Shown here: positions 13,635 through 26,799 of the stretch, in pieces
Layout of the letters: each line of letters starts with the position of its first letter
Numbering within the stretch: position 1 is the first letter of the stretch
From: Methanobacteriota archaeon
GTDB taxonomy: Archaea; Halobacteriota; Bog-38; Methanoflorentales; Methanoflorentaceae
NCBI GenBank assembly: GCA_963719035.1
Contig: CAVRAO010000002.1
Coordinates: 752,198-816,197, forward strand
Length of the DNA: 64,000 nt
Direction of reading: 5' to 3'
Position numbers and translations under genes: made by a program
Notes under the pieces: model-generated
Database searches by the model: none
Seen by the model: only the letters and a program-made list of their open reading frames with translations
Told to the model about the DNA's origin: nothing

Positions 13635-14023
13635 ACCCAGTTAAGTGAAACGGTGCTTAAGGCCGCAGCAATGTCTGACAGGCCTTCCGTATTTAACTAA
13701 TCAAGGAAAACGCGGATCTCCCAACGTCAGTTGTTGTTAGACTTCTTCATGTAAGAGGTTCATCCGCGTTTAGCAGCTAAGCAGGAATACGCAACCGCGT
13801 GCTGTGCCGAGTAGAAAGTCCAATACCTGGTCACCGATAAGTTGACGAGAGTCATCCCCGAACTCGGGTAAAACACGTCCGGTTTTGAAGAGATTCCGCT
13901 ATAGAAAGTCTGGTACGCGGCGCCGTGCGCCAGGTTGCCAAATTGTCGAAGGAGTTGCCCCAATAAGCGTCGAGTCTTTCGGTTCACGATCGTCAGCGCT
14001 CTGAGACGCCCACCCGTAGTTGT

Positions 14024-15197
14024 CTAGCGCCTTGCCACACCTCTTATGTCAACGCCCGTAATATTGCTTTCGTCGCTGAAATCCTCGCGGAAATCCTTAA
14101 TAGCACCCTTCTCAGCCTGCTTTTCAGTCGACCTTCTAAGCGACGCTCGTTTTATGGGCTTTAGCACGTACCGATTCTGATACTGCGTGCCATTGAATCT
14201 GATGGCCAATTGTAGGTCCTTTATCCGTTCAATAGTCGTAGACTCTCTTTTCACGAAAGCTTGCAGTGCTTGTTCAAGCTCGTGAGTTGACCATGAGCGA
14301 CCCGAGGCGCACCTCGTGTGGCAAGGAGGACTCGTCTAATTGATACGCTTTAACAAAAAGGAGTTGTTTGCCCCGTTTTTGAAACGCAAATTCCACGCCT
14401 ATAGATCTTTTTCTTTGCGGAAAAAGGGGCAGAGACTGGCGGGAGACGGTTCCATCTCGGACGATATCGTATTCAAACTCTGAAAAATTGAAGTTGCCTA
14501 AACCGTAGCAGATGATACCGTCTTTGTAGCGTTCTATTCCCTGGATCAAGTGCGCGTGTGTGCCTAATACGACGCTCGCGCCTGCATCAATTGCGCTGTG
14601 TGCAACCATTATCTGATCGGGGGTGGGATAGTGAGCATCTTCTGCGCCCCAGTGGAGGGCGATATCACGTGGTCGACTTGGCCTTTTAGCTGCGAAATGT
14701 CCTCCCGCATATAACCTGGAGCAAGCGGGCAGACTCCAGGCGTGACGGCCGTCGCATAATTTTCACCGTTTGTGCTCAAGCAACTATATCCTATGAAGCC
14801 AAGAGCTACCCTGTCTCTGCGCACAATGACTGGTTGAAGGGCCGCCCAGATATCATCTCCGTAACCAAAATAGATCTTTTTTTGACTATCGAGCACATCA
14901 ATCGTATCTTTCACGCCCGCAGCTCGTGCGTCAGAGATATGATTGTTGGAAAGCGAGAATAGGTCTATCCTCGGCAGTTTGCTAAAGAGAGAAGGATGAC
15001 ACGAGAGGGATAACTTGTTCAAATTCACGTTCTTGTTTGTCGTCAAGACGCATTCCAAATTGGCGATAATGACGCCGTCGGTACGCCTCAAATTCCTCGC
15101 AAAGAATCGTATATCTGGCGCTCTTTGTGAACTGCGTTATATCGAACCCGCGTAAACAAATGTCCCCCACAGCAAGCAATCGAACCCCGTCAGCCAT
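14024..15197 (-). CDS. CapA/PgsA-family metallophosphoesterase (frameshifted)
   Basis: 'LLAVGDI', 'ANLE', 'SLSNNHISD', 'IDAGASVVLGTHAH...QGIE.YK...ICYGLGNF'. Confidence 0.8.
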
Positions 15198-16199
15198 AGC
15201 CTTTATCTGAAAGATAACACACCCTTTCGCCGTAAAAAATTCTCTGTATGCGAGCACGCCTGGAACTGGTACGAATTCGGTTGTTTCAGACGAGTTGTGT
15301 TTCGACCAGATTCATCGAGTATGCATGCTCTGCGAGTCAAGAACGGGGTTATGCTTCCGAGCGCTTTGCAAAGCTCGCTTCTTTTTTACGCGCCGAATTC
15401 TAGGGGGATAAGCTTTCGTATCAGTTGAATCGAAAGCGTAAAACGTGATTATAAGGAACTACGTCAGCTGTTACAGAGTTATATTCTCTCAGACTAGGAT
15501 CGTCGAATTTTTATCTGTGTTGCGAGGGGCCCCGAACGTCCTTCTAATTAACAAAGACATAAGTGGAGTGAAAAAATGCAGGACCTGGATAGCAAAATCC
15601 GGGAGCGTCGAATTGACCGGTTTCGCGCAAGCGACGGACAATTGACAAGCCTACTCGTGACTGTTATTCTGCGCTCGTTGTCTATGTCTCCGCAAAACTT
15701 TGGACTCGTTGGCGTCATACTAGTGTTTTCATGGCATAGCTGCAATTTTGATGGACGTCGGATTTGACCTGGCCTTGGTTCAAAAAGTGGATGTCGAGCG
15801 GCGCCACAAAAAATGCGGCCTACTGGATTAGTCTTGCGCGGCGATGCCACTGGTCGTGGCTACCGTTGCCCGTAGATGCCTAGCTCATAGAGCACTCAGA
15901 TTCCTCGGTTCTCGCTTAACTACCTTGTCGTTTGTGCCCGATAGATAACGTTCAAAGACGACAGGCTCTGGCTCGTTGTAAATACGAGCCCAGGTTCGAT
16001 GTCACGAGATAAAGGCGTTGGAGGCGAGGCAAGATGATGTGTGCAGGCCTGCTTGAAAGATCAACGCGAGCCCACCGTCGCGGCGTATTAGCCAAAATCC
16101 AGATACTGACGTTAAGTATTTCAGTTCACAATTGACCCTACGACAGCTAGCTTTTATATCGTAATGAGGGAATTTAGCTCTCTGGGGGTTTAGGGCAGT

Positions 16200-17340
16200 T
16201 TGTCAAGAATGCTGATCGTCACTAATGAGTTAGCAACCAAGATGACGGGCGGCGCCTATCATATACTGAAGGTAGCCGAACACTGGCGCGATAATAACGA
16301 CGTAAGTTACCTAATCCCTCAAGCGGGTTGCGCTTCCGCAAGAAAATGGCTGAAAGGAGAAGTTATCGTGATTGACTCCTATCTTGAGGGGAAACATCAA
16401 ACCCATTGCGCATAGCTGTGTTGTATTGCGCGCGAATGTTTCACATTCTAAGGTCGCCACCTCGAAAAAATAGGACGACGTTATCGTCGCGTCTTCGCAT
16501 TTTTTAGTTGACGTGCTTCCGGCCGCGTATTTCGGGAGTCTAGAAACTCACCGTCGAAGCTCGTAGCGTATTATCACGGATTAGCCGTAGGAGAATCTAG
16601 CTTTTCGTGGCGCATCCTGCGCAGTAATGAATGACGCGTTGTCCGTCATATTCCTTCGGAAATAGGGGACTTTCGATTTGGTCTTTGCGATAAACCAATC
16701 CGTCAAAGACTTTTTGATTTCAAAGCGGGTAGTATGCAAAAAAAATCCGGGTGACTAACAACGGGGTCGATCGAATTGTATTTGGAAGAGAATTCAGAGG
16801 AAACAGTTGTTGACGCGTGCTATGTCGGCCGACTGGTGAAAAATAAAGGCATCCTTGATTTGGTAAGAATATGGAAAGCGGTTTGCAACGAAATCCCAAA
16901 TGCAAAGCTCCTAATCGTGGGGGATGGGGCTGAAAAGAATCACCTTATTAGATTGATAGAAAAGGGAAGGCTTGAAGGAAAAAGGTCGTCTTATGCGGAT
17001 TTGTGGAAGAAGAAAAGAAGTTTGGAATAATGCGTAAGTCCAAGCTTTTCTTGCTCCCGAGTTACGCCGACACGTGGGGCATCGTGATCGTCGTAGCCTT
17101 GAGTTGCGGTTTGCCAGTTATAGCTTATGTATTCCTTCCTGTGTTGCGGCAGATTTGGGGTAAAGACGTAACCTTTGTTCCTGAGGGCGACACGGAATCA
17201 TTCAAAATGGCCGTCGTGGAGTTTTTGCGAAACCCCCGACTTACGCTCGGAATTCTCTTGTCCAAAAGGGGCTAAGAAGAAGCAAAGAATATCTATGGAC
17301 TGAACATTGCTGAGTGACGAGGCAGATGCAATTGAGAGAT
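16200..17340 (+). CDS. Glycosyltransferase family 4 (several frameshifts)
   Basis: 'NGVD', 'YVGRLVKNKG', 'LLIVGDG' and 'FLLPSYADTWGIV...SCGLPVI'. Confidence 0.75.
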
Positions 17341-17341
17341 C

Positions 17342-18527
17342 ATGATACCGCCGATCGCGAGAGCCGCACAATCCGATAAACCGAACGTGGGCATTGTTAC
17401 GCACCCATTCTTGGCAAGGGCGGGCAAAATTCCCTTAGACAATCTAATTGAACTTGTCAGGCCGGTCGTAGGAACGCTGTTTGTCATCACCGGGGGCGAC
17501 TACGAAAATGCACCCAGCGGCGTGGTGCTGACCAAGCTCAGAGCCACACGGCGAACGCGGTTTACGTCCAGAGTGCTGGAACAAGCGTTCGTTCAAATAC
17601 AAACCTTACGTCTTATAGCGAAACAGCGCAAAGACATTGACATTCTGATCTTTCTTCTTAGGAACTTCTTTTCCACCACCCATTCTTTTCGCGCAAGCTC
17701 TGGACATGAAAAATGCTACATTGTCATTGCAGACTTGGGGCGACGAGAGCACATACGAGCGATTAAGGAGAGCGGAGCCCGGGGACAATCGGGAGAACTT
17801 GCCATATTACGTCTCGCAGAGGTACTTCAGCGGATCAGTTACTTTTTTTCGGATAAGCTGATTGTTTACAGCCGATCGGTCATAGACCAGCTCAACTTAC
17901 CAGAGGTACCAGGAAAAGATCGTAGTCAGTCACAGACACTTTCTGAACTTCGACGAATACAGGTTCAAAAACAACATTGAAAGGCGCGATAACGTTGTCG
18001 GTTACGTCGGCCGACTAAACAAAGAAAAAGGCGCGCTCAACTTTGTCAAGGCAATTCCAGATATAGTAAGCACGCGGAATGATGTGACGTTTTTCATGAT
18101 GGGTGAGGGTGAGCTAGAGGATGAAATCCGCGCCTATTTAGAAACAATGGGCCTTAGCGACCACGTCAAACTCACAGGGTGGATTCCCCACCACGAACTG
18201 CCCGGTTATTTGACGTGTTTAAAACTGCTGGTTGTCCCGTCGTACAATGAAGGGCTGCCAAACGTTATGTTAGAAGCAATGGCGTGCGGAACGCCGGTCC
18301 TTGTAACGCCGATAGGCTCCATACCAGACGTGCTCACAGACAAAGAAACCGGCTTCGTCATACAAGACAATTCGCCGGCTCGTCTAGCAGAATACATCGT
18401 AGAAACGCTCGAGTCCCCACAGCTGAGACGAATTGTCACAAACGCTCGGACTTTGGTTGAGACAGAGTTCAGATACGAAAAGCTCAAAGAAACGTGGAAG
18501 GAGATAATCTGCAGCACAAACTCGTGA
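17342..18527 (+). CDS. Glycosyltransferase family 4 (frameshifted)
   Basis: 'VGYVGRLNKEKG' and 'VVPSYNEGLPNVMLEAMACGTPV'. Confidence 0.85.
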
Positions 18528-18965
18528 CTGTGCTGGTAACAGGACGCGCAGGTACGCTCGAACTTTAATTACTGCAATCTGGTCCGCGAAACCTATTTTC
18601 TTGGTTGCGCGGAAGCCGTTTACGAATAGCTCCATATTCTAACAATGGCTGGCAAATCTGCGGTATTGCCGACGCCGTGTAAGCTCTGTAAGCACGATAT
18701 CAGTTAACCGCGGCTGCGCCAAGATAGTCACAGTAACGCTCCGTCGAGGGTCATTGTTGAAGCAGCATCAGCATATGACAAGAAATGGGGATATTTATCT
18801 CCTTTCTCGAGAAGAGTCACTGCTTCGAGTTTAAGGCGTTAAGGGATATGGCGTGTAGATAGGCTCAGGTAAGGTTAACGGTCCGTAGCTTAAGCTCGCA
18901 CTGATCCATTTGTGAATATAGGCCACTTGGGCTCTACACCGATCTGGCTTAACTTCTCGCGAACA

Positions 18966-20622
18966 TTATTTACCCATAAGATCCCAACTTTTTTTTGGAA
19001 CCGGTTCACGTCTTTTGGATCCAAAATGACGCCGATTTGGTTTGCTAGGCCGTCTCGTCTTCCGGCTTAGCTCTGCTCCAAAGTGTGTGGATTCGAACAC
19101 GCCTGGCCAGTCTCGAGAAACATTTATAGATGCCCAAGGAGCCCCCACTCGAAAATCGCCTTTGGGCATGCCGAGCTCTCGCGCGTAACGGTACATGAAC
19201 CGCTTGGTTCTAAACACGTCTAAAATCGATAGCCGAAGATTCCTCAACAAGTGAACGACGCTGGGTGACGAATAGAGAAGGACGTTCTCTGTGTTAAACA
19301 GCTTCTTAGCTTGGAGCTGGATTTTGTGGTCGCCACCAGTGCAATACCCGCCAAGCCTCGCATCAAATAGTCTTTTTCGTATCTCGCTTACGTTGATATT
19401 TTCAGCTGGTTCAATCCTTCTCTTTTGATCTTCATTCTGCTGGCTAACGGCTCGGAGCGCCAGGTGTCGCTCAGACTCGTTATCAGGACTGGATAAGCTC
19501 ATCAACCGAGCGAGGTGCCTCGAAGCGTTGTTTATAAATAGATGCGCATATCCGCTCCTGCACTGCATCTAGAATCTTTTTGGCCGCTGCATAGCGCTGA
19601 GAGCCTTTGACGCCGCTCAGCATTTTTCCGTAACATGTCCGAGAGCAAGAAGCGGTGGATTATCCAAAGATCCAAATCCAGTCCGTAATTATATAGATTA
19701 TCCAAGTCCTGTCCACACCACAACCGCTTTTTCTGGCCACATAATGCTTCAAACATCTTTGCAAAATAGATGCTCAAATGTGCACCGAAAGGCATGGACA
19801 TAATTATCTTGTTCAGAGACTCGAGGTTGATTTCGTCCAAATCGACATCGATAAACTCGTGGCTGACCTCCAATTTCTTGGCAATTCTTAGTGATCTAAC
19901 TAAATCAGGACTACTCCACGCGATCAGTGGAACCATGCGAAACGTGACGGTTTTTACATCTTTTAGGTTTTTTACCAATGAAAGCAAAATTGAAGAATCG
20001 ACTCCACCGCTGAGCGCGACAATTTCTTCGAACCCGGGATCATCCTCAACAAACGAATGTGCAGCGTTGTTCAGTGCATTTTTGAAGATGTTATACGTGA
20101 CGCCAGCGCCCGTGAAGTTATTCAGGTAACTTTCAGTTAAGGCCGTGCCATTTGAATCAAGTTGCAGCACCTCACCGGGCGGCAATCGGTAAATCCCAGC
20201 AAATGCGGTGTTACCCTTACGGCAAAATCCCTGTTTAATGAAATGAAGTAACCTCGGAGGGGTCGTAATTTAGCCGTCCCTTAGCTATCGCGAGTTCAAA
20301 AAAATCAGTTGATATAATTAGCTCGGTGTCCGTCGTTGCATAGTATATCTCTTCTACAGCGCCAATGTCGCTTGCTGCGAAGTCAAGCACCCCATCGCAG
20401 ACCAACAAGCCGGCGTACTGTCCTTTGACCTTTGGCACGCAGTTGTACAAGTCGCCTACTATTTTCATGTAATTCTATGTTGCGCTGAACTGTGTAATCG
20501 CTTTGCACAAGCCCGTCGATAGTTCCAAGAAAATAGAAAGTTCTGCCGTTGCTATTTATTTCGTGCTCGAAACCACGGATTGCTGACAGTGCTCCATCAC
20601 GTCTTTGCACAACGGTGTACAT
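18966..20622 (-). CDS. Asparagine synthase-like (N-type ATP pyrophosphatase) protein (frameshifted)
   Basis: PP-loop 'VALSGGVDSS', 'GIYRLPPGEVL', and N-terminal 'KGQYAG...SDIGA..EIYY'. Confidence 0.7.
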
Positions 20623-21100
20623 GCAGTTTGGATCATATCGCTTACGTACTTATAATTGCGTATACCGGATACTGCCCTACAGAAAGCGAACATTCCAATT
20701 ACGGCCTGATGCTTCTTCGGTGTCGAAGCAAGGGAAAGTGCAAAGACCACTCAAGTACGCCTACTCTTAGAACTCTATCATCAAACATCAATGCTCGAAT
20801 CTTGCCCCGTAGTTGGGCAAAAAAAAAGTTTATCAGCAGCAATCCTCTTAATAGTAGCGATTTTGAGCTATATCACCGCGTACAATAGTCAAGCTCTCCG
20901 CATTTGGAAACTACCTCCCAGGAAATGGTCGTTTAAATTAGCAACCATAGATAGGCTGCCAAAACAAAGTAACACCAAAAGCGATATCAGCCCGAACTGC
21001 TATAAACGCGGTCGAAACCTACCGTGAGCTGACCACCACTGCGAAGCTTTGCGAAGGCCACAATCAGCAAAATGTGAACCCTGTGAGAAGGTTTGCCGAA

Positions 21101-22252
21101 ATGACAAGAATAGCGATCATTGTGGATTTGTTTCCCCCAAAATGGAGGGCGGGAACCGAATTAGCGACGTACCGTCTAGCGAAACACTTACACGCTAGAG
21201 GCAACGACGTTCACGTGCTGACCTCAAGAGATCGCGGAATGCCTAAGGAGGAGTCCTGTAACGGCGTTAGCGTGCACAGAATCTACTGGCCAAAAAAAAT
21301 TCCGACCCTTCAAAGGACACTTCTATCGCTTGAAATGTATGTTGCACTGAGGAAAGTAAATCCCCAAATTGTTCACGTCCAAAACTTCACTATGGGCATG
21401 TGCGGGCTGCTGGCCAAAAGATTATCGAAAAAGCCTTACATAGTTGCTGGCCGCGGCTTTGACGTCTATGGCCTTGACAGGGTCTATGCGAAGAAACTGG
21501 ATGCGTTCTTCGTCAGGAAAGCGTTGGCGCTTATTGTAAAAAATGCAGACGCCGTGACAGCATTAACAGAGGAGATGCGTAGGGAAATACAAAAAGTCTA
21601 CGCAAGAGACGCCACTGTAATCCCGAATGGCATCGAGGTAGAGAGATTCAGCCTTTCTCTGTCAAACAAAGACGCGCGAGAGGAGTTGAAATTAGAGAAC
21701 GACGCAAGAATCGTCGTCTCAGTAGCTAGTCTTAGTCCCAAGAAAGGAACTGAATACCTCATACGTGCTCTCAAAACGATAATTGAAGAGGAACCTACAA
21801 CAAAATTGTATTTAATTGGCAAGGGCACAGAAGAAGCAAAGCTAAGAACTCTCGTTCAAGCCCTGCATCTTACTGAATACATTCTCTTTGTCGGAAGCAT
21901 ACCAAATCGGGTGGTTCCCGAGTATTTAGCAGCATCAGATGTTTTTGTTTTGCCGAGCTTAGAAGAGGCGTTTGGAATCGTCCTTTTGGAGGCTATGGCG
22001 GCAGGATTGCCCATAGTTGCGACGAACGTCGGCGGGATTCCGTCCATCGTAGCAGATGGGGTCAATGGGTTTCTCGTTGAACCTCGAAATCCGGCGCAAA
22101 TTGCCGAGGCAGTCCTAAAACTTCTAGCAGATAAGGAGCTAACATCGACGCTCACGGCAAATAACAAGGAATTGGTCAAAACATTTAGCTCTGATGAAAA
22201 CGCCCGCCAGTATGAAGAGCTATATCAACGTTGCATCGCGTCCGAAAAATAA
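21101..22252 (+). CDS. Glycosyltransferase family 4 (intact)
   Basis: 'IPNGIE', 'SLSPKKG' and 'FVLPSLEEAFGIVLLEAMAAGLPIVATNVGGIP'. Confidence 0.92.
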   Translation: MTRIAIIVDLFPPKWRAGTELATYRLAKHLHARGNDVHVLTSRDRGMPKEESCNGVSVHRIYWPKKIPTLQRTLLSLEMYVALRKVNPQIVHVQNFTMGMCGLLAKRLSKKPYIVAGRGFDVYGLDRVYAKKLDAFFVRKALALIVKNADAVTALTEEMRREIQKVYARDATVIPNGIEVERFSLSLSNKDAREELKLENDARIVVSVASLSPKKGTEYLIRALKTIIEEEPTTKLYLIGKGTEEAKLRTLVQALHLTEYILFVGSIPNRVVPEYLAASDVFVLPSLEEAFGIVLLEAMAAGLPIVATNVGGIPSIVADGVNGFLVEPRNPAQIAEAVLKLLADKELTSTLTANNKELVKTFSSDENARQYEELYQRCIASEK

Positions 22253-22819
22253 GATCAGATTACCATTGCGCCCAAGTAATCATTTCCGTTCAGATGCTTT
22301 TTTGGAAGCCAGCAACGAGCCCTCCATAAGCTTCATTTTACGCCTTGCCGCTCTGGCAATCGGCTTAACGATGGCCACTTGTTACACATCACATTTAAGC
22401 AATGCTTGATATCGTTCTTGAATTGAGCTTTCGCATAATGCGTAGACGCAGATGCAACAAGAACAAAAAATACTCGCCTTGGCTTTTTTTTCATTCAAGA
22501 ACGACGTGAGCATGACTATAAAGAAACTAAGATCCCAAGCGGGCAAGCGAAAGGAGAAGGTGATCGGCGATTTCGAACTAGCGACACTGCTGGAGTAGCA
22601 GTGCCGCGCTGTCCAGGTTTTTTACTGCCTAATGCGTAGCGACAACAAAGAGCTATAGTAATGCACTGAACGCGATGAGCACCCCTAGACCAAGTAGCTG
22701 GGACTATCCGGCTGCTTCTTGAAGAACGAAAAGCGGGTAAATTGTCTAGATCTGACTTAAATGAGGTACAGACCAAGCAGCAGTGGCTAGGAGTTGGAAT
22801 AAACCTTTTCTGAGCCGGC

Positions 22820-23912
22820 TCACAAACTACTCAGATAGACTCCCTCCAAATCAGTGATAACGTGATCCCACGAGTATCGCTGGGCCTTTTTTCTGTTGTT
22901 CCCAGATATTCTAAGAACAAGTTCGCGATCACTCAGAATGGACACAATTCTGGCCGCAATTTGCGCCGGATTTCGAGGTTCAACAACAAAGCCGTTAATT
23001 CCATTGTCTACGATGGACGGAATCCCGCTGACGTTCGTCGCAACTATGGGCAATCCTGCCGCCATAGCCTCCAAAAGGACATTCGGAAAGCCCTCTGATA
23101 AGCTCGGCAAAACAAAAACATCTGACGCAACCATATAGGTAGGGATATGCTCATTTGCAACCCACCCGCTAAAACTCACGCGGTTCGACAAGCCCAAATC
23201 GGAAGCGACTCGCTCGAGTTTTTCCTTCTCTGGGCCATCGCCCGCGAGTATCAATCTTGCATTTGGTTCTGTTTGGTTAACATAACTTATTGCCTCGATA
23301 AGGTATTCTAGTCCTTTGACCTGATGCAACCTGCCAACGAACAGAATTATCTTTTGATCTTCATCAATTTCGAGCTCGCGCCGCGCGCCGTCGTACGCAA
23401 TTTCTTCGAATCTCTCTGTCTTGATTTCGTTCGGAATGACTAATATGTTCCGCGGCCTATCTGGCTGCAATTCTTTTTCCATGTAGTTGGTTTGCGCAAT
23501 CACTGCATCCGCGTCTTTCAGAGTGATTGCTGTCAATAGTTTGAAGTTCAGGAAACCGTGGGTGCGGCTCCACACTACGTAAGGTCTACTTGATCAAATC
23601 CTTCTTCGCAAGAAAGTCACTAAGCCAAACGTTACGTTCCGGACGTGAACGATGTCGGGGCCTGATTTCCTTAAGCTTGCGCATCAGTCCGACGTAAAAA
23701 ACTAAAGAGCTTATGAATTGAAAGATCGGGCGCAGAAATCCGGTGAATATAGATGCCGCGCTCGACGGAATCTCCCGGAGCGCTTCTTCGTCGAGCGTGG
23801 TGATAATATGGACGATATGGCCGCGTGCGACCAAATGTTCAGCGATATTGAAGGTTGCGAATTCAGTTGCGGCTATTTTATTTGGCAAAAAATATCGAAT
23901 CAAAACGGCCAT
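22820..23912 (-). CDS. Glycosyltransferase family 4 (frameshifted), close paralog of the 21101 gene
   Basis: 'FVGRLHQVKG' and 'FVLPSLSEGFPNVLLEAMAAGLPIVATNV'; C-terminal half is highly similar to 21101..22252. Confidence 0.85.
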
Positions 23913-24534
23913 TTATATCGTGAGGACCGTAAACAATTTTGTAATTTTTCCAATTTGTCTTTTTTTGCAATAAGAAATATTTATTTGTAAGGTTGGTATC
24001 CCAGTGATCTGGAATGTCAGAAAGTTTGTTGCTGACTCCGGCTTCAACGCCAATGTGAATGAGGTTGGTTTGAGGCGACGATCGTGGTTGTATCACTTGG
24101 ATACTGTCGGAATTGCTTAGTAGCCACACTGGGGATATTGAGAAAGGGGGCCCGGAGGGAAGAGTGGATTTCTTCAGTTGTTGAAAATATCTTCAACATA
24201 AACAAGATAATGCAATCATGGCCGCAGAAAATGAAAGGCGTAGGAGAACGTCCTGGCGGGGTTGCTGAGAACGAGGAGTCGCCGCAACCAAGACGTGTGA
24301 TAGCACCATTCCGGCCATCTTCGTTGTGTTTTTTCATCTTTAGGGTTGCTTCACTGTTTGTGCCGTCCGGTCTTGTCTGACGACCTGCTGATATATTATT
24401 CGTAACGTGGATGTCCAGGTGTGAGTTAGGTAATCGCTGAGCCCGATTAAACACTTCTTGGGTAACTGACAAACAACAAATAACTTGAGCCTTCAAAAGA
24501 TGCAGCGCGTATTGCTGATATGTGAACGGAACAG

Positions 24535-25876
24535 ATGATGATCAAGACACTCTCAGATGCTTATGGAAGAATGCGCGGAACCTCCTACGTAAAGGAGCAT
24601 TCTATTATTGACGAAATCCAAACAAAGGAGGGCTGGGCAGTCTTTCGTGAGAGCGGCTGAAGAGACTCTCCATCACTGCTACGAACACGTGCCGCATTAA
24701 TGTATCTCGATCAGAACGCACAGGCGTCGTGGACGAGGCCCACCAAATCTATCGAAACGCGGCGAAGTTCCTGTTTTAAAAGATAGCGTTGCAGGGGGGA
24801 GTACTGGAATAGTTTACTCTCAAACAATTACATGAGGCGAAAGTGGTTTTGCTACGCGACAGGCGGTTCGACTGGAATAACCGCTTCTATTTGTTCTAGA
24901 TGCTGGCTATAGCAAACGGCAACGCGCGTGAAGCATTATTATTATAATGACATTCTGCACGTTGACGACGCAAACGTCAAGACGGTAATACTTTGGGGTT
25001 CGCAAGATTTATCCGCATGGGGCCCCGCAAAGGCAAGAGCGAAGTTTTACAACCGATTTTCAAAGACCTGACCTTCAAAAGCTTTGTTATGACGGAAGAC
25101 AACTTGGAGCACTATGTTGACGTGATAAATGCACATAAGCCTGCGATACTTCGAGGATATGCCGATTCCTTATACGAATTGAGCCGATATATCGAACAAA
25201 AAGAAAGAAATCATTTGCCCCTACCGTCATTGTCAGTACAGCTGAAACGCTGCGACCGGAGATGAGGGAAAAAATCGAGTACGTTTCTGGAACAAAGGTC
25301 AGAATTTCTACGGCTCAGGGAAGTAAGCAGCATCGCGGGTGAATGCGAACGCGGGCGCATGCACCCTTTTACTTTCTGGAATGATACTGAGAGACCGGAC
25401 GCAAGTGACGAGCAAGTCGGAATACATGAGCAGGGGCAAGCTCGCGATAACCAATTATTCAACTACTCTATGCCTTGGGTGAAGGTACGAAATCGGCGAC
25501 CTCGCCGCGCCAGGAACTAAGAAATGCCCCTGTGGAAACTTTTTGCCCATTTTCGAAGAGGTGAGCGGTAGGCTTATCGAAGATTTCCTTAAAGAAGATG
25601 GAACAACTGTCCCGGGCAGTTTTTGATCACCTAATTGGCGCGGCGAGTAATAAAGACGAAAATCAAAAAGTTCCAAGTGATCCAAGAAGATTACAGAATG
25701 ATAAGGATCTTGGTCGTGCCGCAAAAATATTTAACTGGGAGCTTCAGAAGAGCCGTCGAAAGGGAAATGATAAAATCATGGGGGATTGTGATATTAGTTC
25801 GGACATAACCGGCGAGATCCCAAAATCAAAAAGCGGGGAGTTTTCATATACGAAGTCGCTGTCGTTGCAGACCTGA
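24535..25876 (+). pseudogene. Phenylacetate-CoA ligase-like (CapK/PaaK family), heavily disrupted
   Basis: Fragments 'TGGSTG' (~24857), 'HKPAILRGYADSLYEL', 'YGSREVSSIAGECE', 'RYEIGDLA' and 'IPKSKSG' spread over many frames. Confidence 0.7.
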
Positions 25877-25900
25877 AAGCGACGTAACGGGGAGATCCGC

Positions 25901-26620
25901 ATGGCTCATCTGGAAGAACTACAGCGAACCTGGGATGAATTTGGTGAAACGGATCGGTTCTGGTTGATATTAACCCACCCGGATAAGAAAGGCAACAAAT
26001 AGGACCTCGATTACTTCAATTTCAGACCGGAAGAAATAGATCAACGCACTTCTTGCACATTTGGATACTTTGCGCTTGCCACTTCGCAAAGAAAAAGCGC
26101 TCGACTTCGGGTGTGGCGTTGGGCGGTTGACGAGGGACTGGCATGCCACTTTCACGTGGTGGAGGGCGTCGATTTGACTGTCAATGATCGAATTGGAAAC
26201 AAGCTGAATCTATGGATATTGATGTAGTTTCACCTCAATGTGAAAGTAGACCTTTATTGTTTGATTATTATACGTTTGATTTTATTTACACGAATATCGT
26301 GCTGCAGCACATGGCGCCCGCCTACAAAAAAAATACCTAGGCGAATTCCTGTGGGTATCGGGGCCGATGGAGTGCTCGTTTTCAAGATAACAAGCACAGC
26401 AAGTACTCTTCGGTTAGGCTCTATTCCACGTGTACTATCCAATTGTAAAAGATGTACACTAAAAGCTGTACGTAAAATGAAAGGCCCGATCATCTGGAAA
26501 GGCATTTCATAAAAACCGGCCAAGTGATGCAATTGCTCAAGGATAACGGAGCAAAAGCGATCGACATCACCAAGCCGCCGGACAAAAAAGCTGGTATAAC
26601 TGCCGATACCGCGCGGTCAA
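25901..26620 (+). pseudogene. Class I SAM-dependent methyltransferase, disrupted
   Basis: 'MAHLEELQRTWDEFGETD...ALDFGCGVGRLTR' followed by stops and frameshifts. End approximate. Confidence 0.65.
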
Positions 26621-26799
26621 GGTGAGACCTGCAGATTCAGACGTAACACCAGTGAAAATGCAAAAAGCTCGTGTCGAAATCATTAGTATCAGAAGCGTCT
26701 TATATGGAACCTCCGCCGCTGTTTAAGACCAATATGGCCGCATGGGTGTTTGGGTCCGCACAACCTGTAGTTGCTAACGAGTTGCATCGCACTGTTTTC